A DNA stretch of 64,000 nt, taken from Flavobacteriaceae bacterium (GTDB lineage Bacteria > Bacteroidota > Bacteroidia > Flavobacteriales > Flavobacteriaceae). The notes below the pieces were generated by a model. That model did not search any database and was not told where the DNA came from. It worked only from the letters and a program-made list of their open reading frames with translations. Shown in pieces: positions 53,378 through 63,830 of the stretch (position 1 is the stretch's first letter; each line of letters opens with the position of its first letter). Position numbers and translations under genes: made by a program. Location of the stretch: positions 2,027-66,026 of the forward strand of contig CANBOV010000003.1 of the NCBI GenBank assembly GCA_947371275.1, in the 5' to 3' direction.

Positions 53378-53920
53378 TCACATCTTATTCACAGATTCTT
53401 CAATTTTTTTTACGGCTAGATGATAGGTAGATTTTAAACCTCCAACTGACATCCCTAATATTTCCGCGATTTCTTCATATTTTAATTCTTCAAAATATTT
53501 CATTTTAAATATTAATTGCTGCCGTTCGGGTAGCAAACTAATCGCCTTCTGTAATTTAAATTGCACGTCATCTCCATCAAAATAAGTATCTGCCAATAAA
53601 TTTCCAGCAATTTGCGTCTGAAAATTTTCATAGGTAAATCCATTTCGTGCTGCTTTTTTTTGAATGTAATTAACCGCTTCATTAGTCGCTATTCGATACA
53701 ACCAAGAAAATAACTTACTTCCTCCATTAAATTCAGACAAATTCACAAATACTCTGATAAACGTATTCTGCAATATGTCTTCACTGTCATCGTGATTAAG
53801 TGCAATGTTCCGTATATGAAAGTATAAAGGCTTTTGATAGGCATGCACAAGTTCTTTAAACGCTTCTTGTTGCGTCTGCGGATGCATTAGCCTTTGAATG
53901 AGATCCTTTTCTTTCTGCAA
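53378..53920 (-). CDS. ECF RNA polymerase sigma-70 factor (TTG start)
   Basis: DSEDILQNTF, FSWLYRIATN, LPERQ...YEEIAEILG. Confidence 0.93.
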   Translation of the reverse strand: MQKEKDLIQRLMHPQTQQEAFKELVHAYQKPLYFHIRNIALNHDDSEDILQNTFIRVFVNLSEFNGGSKLFSWLYRIATNEAVNYIQKKAARNGFTYENFQTQIAGNLLADTYFDGDDVQFKLQKAISLLPERQQLIFKMKYFEELKYEEIAEILGMSVGGLKSTYHLAVKKIEESVNKM

Positions 53921-53982
53921 AACAACTATTTACTATTAGACAATTCAAAATGCAAAAGGTTTAATCACCTAGTGATTTTTTT

Positions 53983-55092
53983 TTAAGGAACCTCGTTTGT
54001 TATGGGTGGATCAGAGGAAGGGGTAGGAGCAACCAACTGATTAAGAGGGATTGATACAGGAGTTATTGCTTCTACAACGGGAAACACAGGAATGTATAAT
54101 TCTGTAATCCATTTCGACGGTTTTTTAACATCTTCTAACGTCTTGACATATACTTCTGAGTAATAGCCCGCACCATTTTCATTTAAATGTTGGTCCACTA
54201 TATACTTTCGAGCTTTAGCCCAAGCTTCTTGTGTATGGGAATGGTCTCCTATTAAAGTTGTTTTCAAACAGGTGAACGCTATGATCTCACTAGAGCTAAC
54301 ATCACTTCCCGGCTGCACATAGACTTGCTTGGTAGTCGGAATACAAACCGAATAAGTGGCAATGTCATGGGTAACGTCATACCGACTATAAAGTACAAAT
54401 GGTTTACCATCCATCGCTATATGGTTCTTTTTAAAAAAATGAACCATTCTTGGCATCAGTATCTTAATGTTTTTAGCAACACTTTCTATTTTGGAGGAAA
54501 CCGTTTGTTGCAAACAATATCCCGAAGTACGCTGGGACATACCATTGACTTTGATCGAATAGGTCTTCATTTCATAGACTAAGGTCTTGTTTAAATTGTT
54601 CAAACTCTTCTCGCAAACATCTTCCAAGATCCCGTTAATACCTCCTTTAAAAAAAACAGCTACTTTAGTAAATAAATCCATCTGACCCTTGCAGTGGATA
54701 CTAACTTTGGTACCCCCAACAGTATCCTTAAATGTCCAATTTAAAGTTGTTCGAGTTCTGTCATAAACTGTATTTTGAACAATACTATCGTTCTCTTTTA
54801 CAAAAACCGTATTCATACTACCCTGATTATGATCGTTTTGCCAAGCGCATTTACCTCCAGCTCCCATCGATTTAACCCCGTACTCAAATTTTAATCCTGA
54901 ACCTTTCTGCATCCACGAACCAAAAGTTTCCCAATTGCGGTAATCATTAATGTAATCAAAAACAGTACTGCGCTGGGCTTTTATAATACTACTTTTTTGT
55001 ACTTCAAAATCTCCTTTTTGGGTGGCTACATAAACCGTCATCCCTAGCAAACTTAAAAGCAATAACAAAAAAAGGTATTTTAAAATTCTCAT
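53983..55092 (-). CDS. SRPBCC/START-like plus GyrI-like small-molecule-binding protein
   Basis: N-terminal TM anchor, VFDYINDYRNWETFGSW, C-terminal WITELYIPV. Confidence 0.75.
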   Translation of the reverse strand: MRILKYLFLLLLLSLLGMTVYVATQKGDFEVQKSSIIKAQRSTVFDYINDYRNWETFGSWMQKGSGLKFEYGVKSMGAGGKCAWQNDHNQGSMNTVFVKENDSIVQNTVYDRTRTTLNWTFKDTVGGTKVSIHCKGQMDLFTKVAVFFKGGINGILEDVCEKSLNNLNKTLVYEMKTYSIKVNGMSQRTSGYCLQQTVSSKIESVAKNIKILMPRMVHFFKKNHIAMDGKPFVLYSRYDVTHDIATYSVCIPTTKQVYVQPGSDVSSSEIIAFTCLKTTLIGDHSHTQEAWAKARKYIVDQHLNENGAGYYSEVYVKTLEDVKKPSKWITELYIPVFPVVEAITPVSIPLNQLVAPTPSSDPPITNEVP

Positions 55093-55209
55093 CGACACAC
55101 TGGTTTAAAGTACCACAAAGTTATAAATTTAATGACAGCTATGGCATTTGTAGTAATCTATTTCTAGATTGTATATATTTGTAATAAAGGATATAAAAAA
55201 GGATACTGT

Positions 55210-56817
55210 ATGAAAACAAGCAGCGAACTAAGAAGTATACTATTCAGACATTTAGACGGAATCACTACAGTTCCAGTAGCTTATACACTTTATAAAAACG
55301 GGGTGCTTGATTATATACTCTTAAAACAAAGGGTTTCCTTGACCGAACTAACCGAACTATTTAAAGCCAATGAAGGTTATCTCAATGTAGCTTTAAGGGT
55401 GTTAGCATCCCAAGGTTGGTTGACCCAAAAAATTGATCATGTCAAGGACCATATCACTTATGAAGTAAATTCAAATAGCGCAACTGCTTTTTCCTTAGTT
55501 CCCATTTTTAAAGAACCTTTCGAATTAATGCAGTCAACAGAACAGTATCACGCCAGAAAATTTGAAAAGGAACCGTTCGACCAACTTAATGGTTTATTTG
55601 AAAAGTATAAAACCAATTTTGGCGTGCAATGGTCTGCTGATACTGCCATACGGCAAATGCAAGAACAAGTGCTCTTCCATATTGAAGGGGTGTTGGTCGG
55701 ACCTACCATCGTTATGTTAGGCATGACCGGCATGTTTCATAAATATTTTATGGAAACTTCTTTTCGCCCTGAGGAGTTTCATAAGCATCCCGAATGCTTC
55801 AAAGATATTTTAGATTTTCTCACGCATCTAAATTGGTTTTCCAAAAAAAATGAACATTACCAATTTACAGAAATTGGATTGTTTTATGCCAAAAGAGCTG
55901 CAGCCTACGGTGTCACCGTTTCCTATATTCCAACCTTAAGAAAAATGCAGGATTTATTATTTGGAAATCCTACAATACTACGGAATATTGGCGAACATGA
56001 AACAGAATTACATGTCGACAGAGAAATGAATGTATGGGGTAGTGGGGGAGCACATGGCGAATATTTTAAAATCGTTGACCAAATCATAATCGAACTTTTC
56101 AACAGACCTATAAGCGAACAACCCAAAGGGATACTCGATATGGGTTGCGGTAATGGTGCCTTTCTAGAACATATTTTTGATGTTATTGAACGACAAACAG
56201 AAAGAGGAAAAATTCTTGACGAATATCCGTTATTTTTAATAGGGGTAGATTATAATGAAGCCGCGATTAAAGTGTCTAGAGCTAATTTAATAAAGGCCGA
56301 TATTTGGGCCAAAGTAATATGGGGCGACATCGGTAGACCACAATTACTAGCGCAAACTTTATTCGAACAGTATGACATTGATTTAAAAGAAGTGCTTAAT
56401 GTGAGAACTTTTTTAGACCATAACCGTATTTGGGAAACACCTGAAGTGAAAACACTAAAAAGGATAAGTTCTTCAACAGGGGCATTTGCCTTCCAAGGCA
56501 AACGCATTAGTAATGCAGAAGTGGAAGATAATTTGTTACAACATCTAAAAAAATGGGCTCCATTTGTAGAAAAGTTCGGCTTGTTACTAATCGAATTGCA
56601 TACCATAGCTCCCGAACTAACCGCTAATGCTCTAGGTAAATCAGCCGCAACAGCATATGATGCAACTCACGGATTTTCTGATCAATACATCGTCGAAATT
56701 GAAATCCTACATAAAATAGCCGCCGAAGCAGGCCTTTTTTCGGATGATAAAGTTTTTGCAAAATTTCCAAATTCTAAGCTAGCAACAGTAAGCGTTAATC
56801 TGCTAAAAGGTAGGTAA
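55210..56817 (+). CDS. Class I SAM-dependent methyltransferase, AprA MT1-like, stand-alone
   Basis: ILDMGCGNG SAM motif, HVDREMNVWGSGGAH, WGDIGRP, RTFLDHNR, LLLIELH; N-terminal winged-helix-like ANEGYLNVALRVLASQGWL. Confidence 0.75.
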   Translation: MKTSSELRSILFRHLDGITTVPVAYTLYKNGVLDYILLKQRVSLTELTELFKANEGYLNVALRVLASQGWLTQKIDHVKDHITYEVNSNSATAFSLVPIFKEPFELMQSTEQYHARKFEKEPFDQLNGLFEKYKTNFGVQWSADTAIRQMQEQVLFHIEGVLVGPTIVMLGMTGMFHKYFMETSFRPEEFHKHPECFKDILDFLTHLNWFSKKNEHYQFTEIGLFYAKRAAAYGVTVSYIPTLRKMQDLLFGNPTILRNIGEHETELHVDREMNVWGSGGAHGEYFKIVDQIIIELFNRPISEQPKGILDMGCGNGAFLEHIFDVIERQTERGKILDEYPLFLIGVDYNEAAIKVSRANLIKADIWAKVIWGDIGRPQLLAQTLFEQYDIDLKEVLNVRTFLDHNRIWETPEVKTLKRISSSTGAFAFQGKRISNAEVEDNLLQHLKKWAPFVEKFGLLLIELHTIAPELTANALGKSAATAYDATHGFSDQYIVEIEILHKIAAEAGLFSDDKVFAKFPNSKLATVSVNLLKGR

Positions 56818-57006
56818 TTAATGCTTCATAGTAACTTTTATAATAAAGAGTAAGGCTATAAATACTAAAAAAGCAATAAGAATTTTATAACTCCCTTTAT
56901 ATTCCTTTTCATGTAGCGCTTTGTCTTTACCATAGGCAAAATAAGCCGCTATTATAAAGCCGACAAAAAACAAGGCCGCAAAAGTCCATTGACCGGTTGT
57001 GAACAT
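56818..57006 (-). CDS. Small two-TM hypothetical protein
   Basis: MFTTGQWTFAALF...YGKDKALH..YKG..IL pattern; plausible -7 box upstream. Confidence 0.7.
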   Translation of the reverse strand: MFTTGQWTFAALFFVGFIIAAYFAYGKDKALHEKEYKGSYKILIAFLVFIALLFIIKVTMKH

Positions 57007-57082
57007 TTATTTCAAATTTTCAACAAATTTACTCATTTGTTATGGAAAGTTGTATTTTGCTCTCGTATTAAATTTAATAAGC

Positions 57083-57466
57083 ATGCAAAAACAACTCAAC
57101 GCTGTAAAAGAATTCCATACCGCATTCGGTTTAGGAGTAAGCCACGACATGAAAGCCCACCTAGGGGAACAAAAAAATATCCTCCGCTTCAACCTAATGA
57201 AAGAGGAAAATGAAGAGTACTTAGAAGCAGTACAAAATAATGATTTAGTAGAAATAGCCGATGCGCTTGGCGATATGCTGTACATCCTGTGCGGTACCAT
57301 ATTAGAACATGGATTACAACACAAAATAGAAGAAGTATTCGACGAAATCCAACGCAGTAATATGAGCAAACTAAACCATGACGGCAAACCCATCTACCGT
57401 GAAGACGGTAAAGTAATGAAAGGTCCCAATTATTTCAAACCCAATTTTGAGGATATTTTAAAATAA
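57083..57466 (+). CDS. MazG-like nucleoside triphosphate pyrophosphohydrolase
   Basis: EENEEY, EIADALGDMLY, EIQRSNMSK, DGKVMKG; ATG at 57083. Confidence 0.88.
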   Translation: MQKQLNAVKEFHTAFGLGVSHDMKAHLGEQKNILRFNLMKEENEEYLEAVQNNDLVEIADALGDMLYILCGTILEHGLQHKIEEVFDEIQRSNMSKLNHDGKPIYREDGKVMKGPNYFKPNFEDILK

Positions 57467-58978
57467 TTAGTTCGTTTTTTGCTTCTCCAATCCTTCCAGT
57501 ATAGATTTTAATTGCTCTGGATTAAATCGCTTAGCTCTAATTACTTTATCTTGGTCTAAAAGATAAAATACAGGCGTAGAGTAAACATCATATTTCTCTA
57601 CACAATTGTTATAATGAGCACCATCATAAACATTAATCCATGGCAATTTATGGTCAGCAATGTATTTTAAGTACTTTTCCCCTTCATGTTGCATATAAAC
57701 GCTATACACCTTAAGATCTTTGTGCTTGGCCATTAATTCATTATAGACTTCTAAAAGCTTCGGAATCTCAATCTGACAATGACTGCAATCCACATCCCAA
57801 AAGATCAACAAGGTATATTTGGCTTGTACGTTATCCAACGTTACAAAAAGTTTTTTGGTATCATCAATATGATTATAAAACACTTTGGTCATTTCATCAC
57901 TATTTTTTGCATTTTCAAATCCCATAGCCTTCATTTTCTCATAGTCTTCAGCCTTAATCATAAAAAGGTCTGGGGCTAAAGCACCTATCAATAAGGGTTT
58001 TAATTTGTCTGCACGCTTTATAACTTTAGCAATATTCTCATCCTCATACACTCCTACAGCTTTACCGGTCTTAAAATAGGTGTCAGACATATGCACAAAT
58101 ACTTTGTCAAACCCCATTATATCAGAAGACTCATAAGTATAAGTAAAATAAGCCAGTAAAGACTTGTTCAACATCGTGCCCGGCAAGGTTTTACTCATTA
58201 TTTTGTCCACTTCTACACTTACGGAGTCCGCTTCTTTAGGCACTAAATTGCTAAAGTATTTTTTTAATTTTGGCAAGAAAAATGGATTCCGCATCGTACC
58301 ATCATCTTTGAAATCAACATCTTGCCAATAATGATCTTTGTAAAATTGATACACCTTTAAACTGTCCGGTCTACCATTACTAGCCTTAGGTATGTCTTTC
58401 AATACTTTTTCAACTTTTAAATTAATAACATCCGCGATATAACTTCCCTTTTGGTCTGCCAAAAATTGTTCCTCAAAATCATTTATGCGTTTATCCAAAG
58501 CAACCCCCTTTTCATTAAATTCCAAACTATCTTTCTTGGTTTGTAAGGTCGTAGTTTCTTTAAGGGCCTGAAACGCTCTTTTCTCTTTATTGATGAAGCG
58601 TACATAATCAAAAAAACTATTTTCCTTAGGAGAATTAACAGCAGTCAACTCTTTAATAATCTTATCATTTTCAGAACTACTGGAAATCTCAAGCTTTTGA
58701 GTGCTTTCATCAATGAAAAAATCAAATAAAATGGACTTCTGCTGACTCACCAATGAATAAATCCCTTTGTCCAAAGTTCCTTTTCCATTAAAGATGATTT
58801 TGTCATTTTTGATGCGAACACAGGTGTCTTTAATCATCGTCTTATCCATCTGGTAAAAGGTCAAATACGCAAGACTGTCCTTGCAATTCTTCAAATGTAT
58901 CGTGATTTCCCAACCCTTCTGAGCATGGGTATAGCTGAAAAACAAACAAAAAACAAGACCTAATAGTACTCTTTTCAT
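57467..58978 (-). CDS. DUF5106-type protein with a C-terminal TlpA/redoxin domain
   Basis: Signal peptide THA-Q, HYWQDVDF, FWDVDCSHC CxxC, YDVYSTP. Confidence 0.82.
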   Translation of the reverse strand: MKRVLLGLVFCLFFSYTHAQKGWEITIHLKNCKDSLAYLTFYQMDKTMIKDTCVRIKNDKIIFNGKGTLDKGIYSLVSQQKSILFDFFIDESTQKLEISSSSENDKIIKELTAVNSPKENSFFDYVRFINKEKRAFQALKETTTLQTKKDSLEFNEKGVALDKRINDFEEQFLADQKGSYIADVINLKVEKVLKDIPKASNGRPDSLKVYQFYKDHYWQDVDFKDDGTMRNPFFLPKLKKYFSNLVPKEADSVSVEVDKIMSKTLPGTMLNKSLLAYFTYTYESSDIMGFDKVFVHMSDTYFKTGKAVGVYEDENIAKVIKRADKLKPLLIGALAPDLFMIKAEDYEKMKAMGFENAKNSDEMTKVFYNHIDDTKKLFVTLDNVQAKYTLLIFWDVDCSHCQIEIPKLLEVYNELMAKHKDLKVYSVYMQHEGEKYLKYIADHKLPWINVYDGAHYNNCVEKYDVYSTPVFYLLDQDKVIRAKRFNPEQLKSILEGLEKQKTN

Positions 58979-59074
58979 AAACAAATCAGTTATAGTTTTT
59001 ACAGTGATTAGGGTCAAAAATAATTTATTTTTAGTTTAAAACGAACGGTATTTTTTTAAAATTTCCTTAAAATA

Positions 59075-59106
59075 AAAAAGAGATACGGTTAAGTATCTCT
59101 TTTTTT
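59075..59106 (-). terminator. Intrinsic terminator
   Basis: aaaaaagagatac ggttaa gtatctctttttt. Confidence 0.85.
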
Positions 59107-59124
59107 ATAGTCTAATTAGGTAGA

Positions 59125-60384
59125 TTAAGAAACATCTACCGTAGTGGCTTCAGCAATCTTCCTGTAAGTACCGTTAATTAATTTTTCACGTATTGCTTCA
59201 AATGCCGTCAAAGTCTCTGCAATATCAGACAAGGTATGGGAAGCAGTCGGAATCATTCTCAATAATATGATGCCCTTCGGAATAACCGGATACACCACTA
59301 TCGATAAAAAGATACCATAATTTTCGCGTAAGTCATTTACCATTACCATAGCCTCCGGAATGGATCCTTCCAAATAAACAGGGGTAACACAAGTATTGGT
59401 ATCCCCAATGTTAAAGCCTCGTTCTTTCAAACCGTTTTGCAACGCATTAACATTCTCCCATAGTTTGTCTTTCAACTCAGGCATACTGCGCAACATGCGT
59501 AAACGAGTCAGCGAACCTACCGTTTGTATCATCGGTAAGGCTTTGGCAAACATCTGCGAACGTAAATTGTATTTCAAATAATCAATGATGTCTTTATCCG
59601 CAGCAACAAATGCACCTATATTCGCCATCGATTTAGCAAATGTAGAAAAGTAAACATCAATCTCATCCTGACATCCTTGCTCTTCTCCGGCTCCAGCACC
59701 CGTTTTTCCTAGCGTACCAAAACCATGCGCATCATCAACCAATAATCGGAAATTGTATTGCTTTTTCATCTCTACTATCTCTTTCAACTTTCCTTGCTGA
59801 CCACGCATTCCAAAGACACCTTCAGTGATAAACAAAATACCACCACCTGTTTCAGTAGCCATTTTAGTAGCACGCTGAAGGTTCTTTTCCATACTTTCAA
59901 TATCATTGTGACGGTAGGTAAATCGCTTACCCATGTGCAAACGAACACCGTCTATAATACAAGCATGGGCATCAACATCATAAACAATGATGTCATTCTT
60001 AGTTACCAACGCATCAATAATTGAAACCATTCCCTGGTAACCAAAGTTTAAGAGGTAAGCCGACTCTTTCATGACAAACTCAGCCAACTCTTTTTCTAAC
60101 TGCTCATGGGCATCCGTATGGCCACTCATCATTCGAGCGCCCATAGGGTAGGCTGCCCCATATTGTGCGGCTGCTTCTGCATCGGCTTTGCGCACTTCTG
60201 GATGATTGGCCAATCCTAAATAATCGTTCAAACTCCAATTCAATATGTTCTTTCCGTGAAATTGCATTCTCGGACCTAATTCTCCTTCTAATTTTGGAAA
60301 TACATAATATCCTTCGGCCTGTGAAGCCCATTTTCCTAAGGGACCTTTATTGTTTTGTATTCTTTCAAATAAATCTTTTACCAT
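59125..60384 (-). CDS. PLP-dependent alpha-oxoamine synthase, probable cysteate acyltransferase (SulA/CapB, sulfonolipid synthesis)
   Basis: FPKLEGELGPRM, WSLNDYLGL, PMGARMMSG, NFGYQGM, HACIIDG, DDAHG, TFAKS; recalled similarity to Bacteroidota SulA. Confidence 0.78.
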   Translation of the reverse strand: MVKDLFERIQNNKGPLGKWASQAEGYYVFPKLEGELGPRMQFHGKNILNWSLNDYLGLANHPEVRKADAEAAAQYGAAYPMGARMMSGHTDAHEQLEKELAEFVMKESAYLLNFGYQGMVSIIDALVTKNDIIVYDVDAHACIIDGVRLHMGKRFTYRHNDIESMEKNLQRATKMATETGGGILFITEGVFGMRGQQGKLKEIVEMKKQYNFRLLVDDAHGFGTLGKTGAGAGEEQGCQDEIDVYFSTFAKSMANIGAFVAADKDIIDYLKYNLRSQMFAKALPMIQTVGSLTRLRMLRSMPELKDKLWENVNALQNGLKERGFNIGDTNTCVTPVYLEGSIPEAMVMVNDLRENYGIFLSIVVYPVIPKGIILLRMIPTASHTLSDIAETLTAFEAIREKLINGTYRKIAEATTVDVS

Positions 60385-60500
60385 TGTAAAGTGTATTAAA
60401 AAACGTTGCAAAAGTAATTATAAAAAAAGTTTACTCCTAATAATTGAAAACATAAAATTTTCTTAATTATGCGGTGTAAACAGATTAAAAAATTGGAAAT

Positions 60501-62873
60501 TTATGCCAAGGACTTTATATTGTCAAACAACACATCTTTATCGACCGGTTTAGATAAATATTGATTCATGCCTATTTCAAATACACGGTCTTTAGTGGTC
60601 TCCATTACATCTGCCGTAACAGCAATGATTGGTATGTTCTTTTTGTCATCTCCAGCTTCGCCATTGCGTATGGCTATTGTAGCCTCATAACCATCCATAA
60701 CGGGCATCTGCAAATCCATCAACACTATGTCATAGGGACTCTCCTTCAATTGATTCACACCTTCCGCTCCGTTATTGGCAAAATCTACCGTAGTATTCAA
60801 CCATTTCTTAGTAATCATTTTAATTACCATCTGATTCATAGCATTGTCTTCAACGACCAATATACGTTTGCCTTTCAAATCATAATCTGTATTCGCAACG
60901 ATAGTAACCACTTTTGGCTCCACCTTGGCAATCTCATAGTCCAAAGTCAATGTGCAAATCGTTCCTATCCCATGCTGGCTCTCAATAGCAACTTTTCCTC
61001 CATGCAAATCAACCAAGGCCTTCACTATAAATAATCCTAAACCTAATCCGCCAAACTTGCGCTTGTTGTCAATGCTCTCCTGCGAAAAGGAATCAAAAAT
61101 GCTTTTTAATTTTTCTTTCGGGATGCCAACACCGCTGTCTCGAACCTTCAATACCAATTGACCTTGCGCTTCTCCTTTCTTTTCAAACGTTAAGTCCACA
61201 CGTACACGCCCCTCATTGGTGAATTTTAGAGCATTGTTCAATAGATTATTTGCCATCTGTGAAAAACGAGCCGCATCGCCTATAAGGGTGTCTGGCAATA
61301 ATTCGTCTATGGTAAACTTGAGTTTTAATCCTTTTTCCTTAGCTGCCATCTTAGCCGTTTTCTTCAATTGCTCAATAATTTTTGAAGGTGAAAAGGGTGC
61401 TAGCTCCAATTTTAATTCTCCTTTCTCAATCTTAGAAAAATCCAAGATGTCGTTCACAGAATTCAGCAAACTCATTGAGGAATACCGTATAATATCGCAA
61501 TTCTGTTTTATCTTTTTGCCATCGGTCTCTTGTGAGGTAACATCACTCAAACTCATGATGGCATTCAAAGGGGTTCGCAACTCGTGACTGATGTTGGACA
61601 AGAAGTATGATTTTAATTCGTTCATCTCCTCCGAACGCTGTAATGCTAGTGCCTGCATCGCCTCACGCTCGTTTTTCAAATTCCGAATCAAATTGGCCAT
61701 CGATAGGGAAAGGAAGATGACCTCCATTCCTGTGCCTAATTTCGAACCGTTCTCAGTCCAAAATAAAGCCGGAATCACCCCAAAATTTTTTAAGATAAAA
61801 ATCACAAAGCCAGCAATCAAGAAAAAGATACCCAAAGTAAAAAAGCGATCATTCATTTTGGTTTTCTTATATACAATAACCACCGAAGTAATAATCAAAA
61901 CTAATAAAACCAAGCCTAAAGCATTAGCAACGGGATACAAAAAGGAATGATCATGAATAAATAAGATGCTTAGGAATGAAAGTAAGTCCAAAACAAACAT
62001 GCCATAAAACATCCGGTATACTAGCGTACTATAGTTTCTAATACGCAAAAACGTTAAAGCATACATTCCTAAAAAGAAATTGGCAAACGTCGCACAAATC
62101 AAAACACAATGTTCCGTCAACCAAGGGCTGTTAGGAGATATATACTGGTAAAAATACCCATCCACCGAAAACTGCAACAACCCAATAAAGACAACATACA
62201 AACTGTAATATAGAAAACTCTGTTCGCGCATGCCATAAAAGAAAAACAGGTAGACAATCGCTGCCAAAAACAATATCCCGTAAAAAAAACCAAAGATGTT
62301 TTGCTCAAACGAAAACAACTCTAATTCTTTTTCCACCGATTTAATATACAAGGGAAGGTTAATAGTCTCTCCATCACTCCTTAAGTGTAAGTAAAACGTA
62401 GTCTTGGTTTTAGGGGCCAATACAACACGAAATAAAGTCTTCCTATTGTCTAAAATTCTTTTGCGAAACGGAATCAAATCACCACTCTTTAAGACCACAG
62501 TTTTTTGATTTGGCCGCACTATATATAAATCGGCCAAATCTACTATAGGTCTACAAGTTTCAATAAAAGGATCTACCGGCTGTGAAGTAGCATTGTATAA
62601 TTCAAACTTTACCCAATAGTTGTCGTGGGTAAACCCTAAATCTTGATTCTGTTTTAAAGGAACATAATCCAAGGAGGTGTCCTTCGTAAGTTCTTCTAGC
62701 GAATACTCTTTTTGCCCCACATTTACTACCATGGCATGGCTGTGTAACGAACATACTTTGGCCATGTTTTCCGCTGTAATGCGGTATTGGGCTTTGGTTA
62801 AAGTGGTATTAAATAGCAGGAATAGCCAAACAATAGCTAGTCCATAGGAAGAAATAGGAGAGGTTTCTTTCAT
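60501..62873 (-). CDS. Hybrid sensor histidine kinase (7TMR-DISM extracellular and 7TM domains, HisKA, HATPase, receiver)
   Basis: LGFTHDNYWVKF, seven TM segments, ISHELRTP, NALKFT, DSGVG, GLGLG, LMDLQMPVMDG. Confidence 0.93.
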   Translation of the reverse strand: MKETSPISSYGLAIVWLFLLFNTTLTKAQYRITAENMAKVCSLHSHAMVVNVGQKEYSLEELTKDTSLDYVPLKQNQDLGFTHDNYWVKFELYNATSQPVDPFIETCRPIVDLADLYIVRPNQKTVVLKSGDLIPFRKRILDNRKTLFRVVLAPKTKTTFYLHLRSDGETINLPLYIKSVEKELELFSFEQNIFGFFYGILFLAAIVYLFFFYGMREQSFLYYSLYVVFIGLLQFSVDGYFYQYISPNSPWLTEHCVLICATFANFFLGMYALTFLRIRNYSTLVYRMFYGMFVLDLLSFLSILFIHDHSFLYPVANALGLVLLVLIITSVVIVYKKTKMNDRFFTLGIFFLIAGFVIFILKNFGVIPALFWTENGSKLGTGMEVIFLSLSMANLIRNLKNEREAMQALALQRSEEMNELKSYFLSNISHELRTPLNAIMSLSDVTSQETDGKKIKQNCDIIRYSSMSLLNSVNDILDFSKIEKGELKLELAPFSPSKIIEQLKKTAKMAAKEKGLKLKFTIDELLPDTLIGDAARFSQMANNLLNNALKFTNEGRVRVDLTFEKKGEAQGQLVLKVRDSGVGIPKEKLKSIFDSFSQESIDNKRKFGGLGLGLFIVKALVDLHGGKVAIESQHGIGTICTLTLDYEIAKVEPKVVTIVANTDYDLKGKRILVVEDNAMNQMVIKMITKKWLNTTVDFANNGAEGVNQLKESPYDIVLMDLQMPVMDGYEATIAIRNGEAGDDKKNIPIIAVTADVMETTKDRVFEIGMNQYLSKPVDKDVLFDNIKSLA

Positions 62874-63035
62874 AAGGTTAGGTTTAGGGACTTGTTTTAG
62901 ATACGAAATGAAAAACCACTTGGTTTTAAAATCGTTAAAAAAAATAGTGAACTGTTTTATTTAACTTAAAAAAATAACATATCGTCAAAGTACTTAAATA
63001 GTTTTAAAACATAAAATAGAACAATTGTTAAAATT

Positions 63036-63767
63036 TTAAAGTATGATTCGCAAACCTCGCTCTTGTAACGGATAGTCCTGACCCGATATTTCTTGATAAT
63101 ATCCAATACCAATTAGGCCAATCAACATACCACTTCCTTCGGGCAATGAAACACTTAGTGTAGTAGGAGGAATGGTTTCATTCCTTCCAAAAGATAAGTT
63201 ACTATGCGATAATGCACTGGCTTCTGCCATCTCAAAATCCATCCTAAAGAGTATAAATCGTACCTCGACTCGAGTGGCTCCCTGAGGAAAATGCACCTGA
63301 TTCGAGTCAAAACCGGCTAGTACTAGCTGACCCACCTCAGGGTATAAGGTGTAACCAACCCTAAAATAGTCTTCCACAGCATGCCGAGGATCAAACTCAA
63401 AGCCATCCATCAAAGCCCTACCTTCCTCCGTTTGCAACCCCAGTGCTACCCTACGGGCACCGCGTATATGTACCGTGTCCAAATTTTTAATGCGATGAAA
63501 CAATTGCACTACGCTGTTGTGACCATAGGGTATGTGCATCGGACGCAAATAGGCCTGCAAGGTCAAACGGAGAAAAGAGCCAACAGCAACAACGTGCTTA
63601 AACTCTAAAGCATTCTCCCGGGTGCGCTGATAATTAGGTCTTGTTTTAATGTGCTCTCCTTTAAATCCTCCAGTAGTTCTAACTCTAATTACACCATTCC
63701 GTGTTTGATAAAAACTCAAGCCGCCAAAACTGCCCGTCAACTGAATAATTCCCCTCAATAATCCCAT
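63036..63767 (-). CDS. Conserved Bacteroidota hypothetical protein (G.I...G..G...FY...RTREN..EF family)
   Basis: 243-aa ORF, N-terminus MGLLRGIIQLTGSFGGLSFYQ...YQRTRENALEF. Confidence 0.75.
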   Translation of the reverse strand: MGLLRGIIQLTGSFGGLSFYQTRNGVIRVRTTGGFKGEHIKTRPNYQRTRENALEFKHVVAVGSFLRLTLQAYLRPMHIPYGHNSVVQLFHRIKNLDTVHIRGARRVALGLQTEEGRALMDGFEFDPRHAVEDYFRVGYTLYPEVGQLVLAGFDSNQVHFPQGATRVEVRFILFRMDFEMAEASALSHSNLSFGRNETIPPTTLSVSLPEGSGMLIGLIGIGYYQEISGQDYPLQERGLRIIL

Positions 63768-63830
63768 AAGTGTTTTTGTTAAATAAATACTCCGTTTTTC
63801 TAGTCCCTCTATCCCTTATATTCGTTTTCA

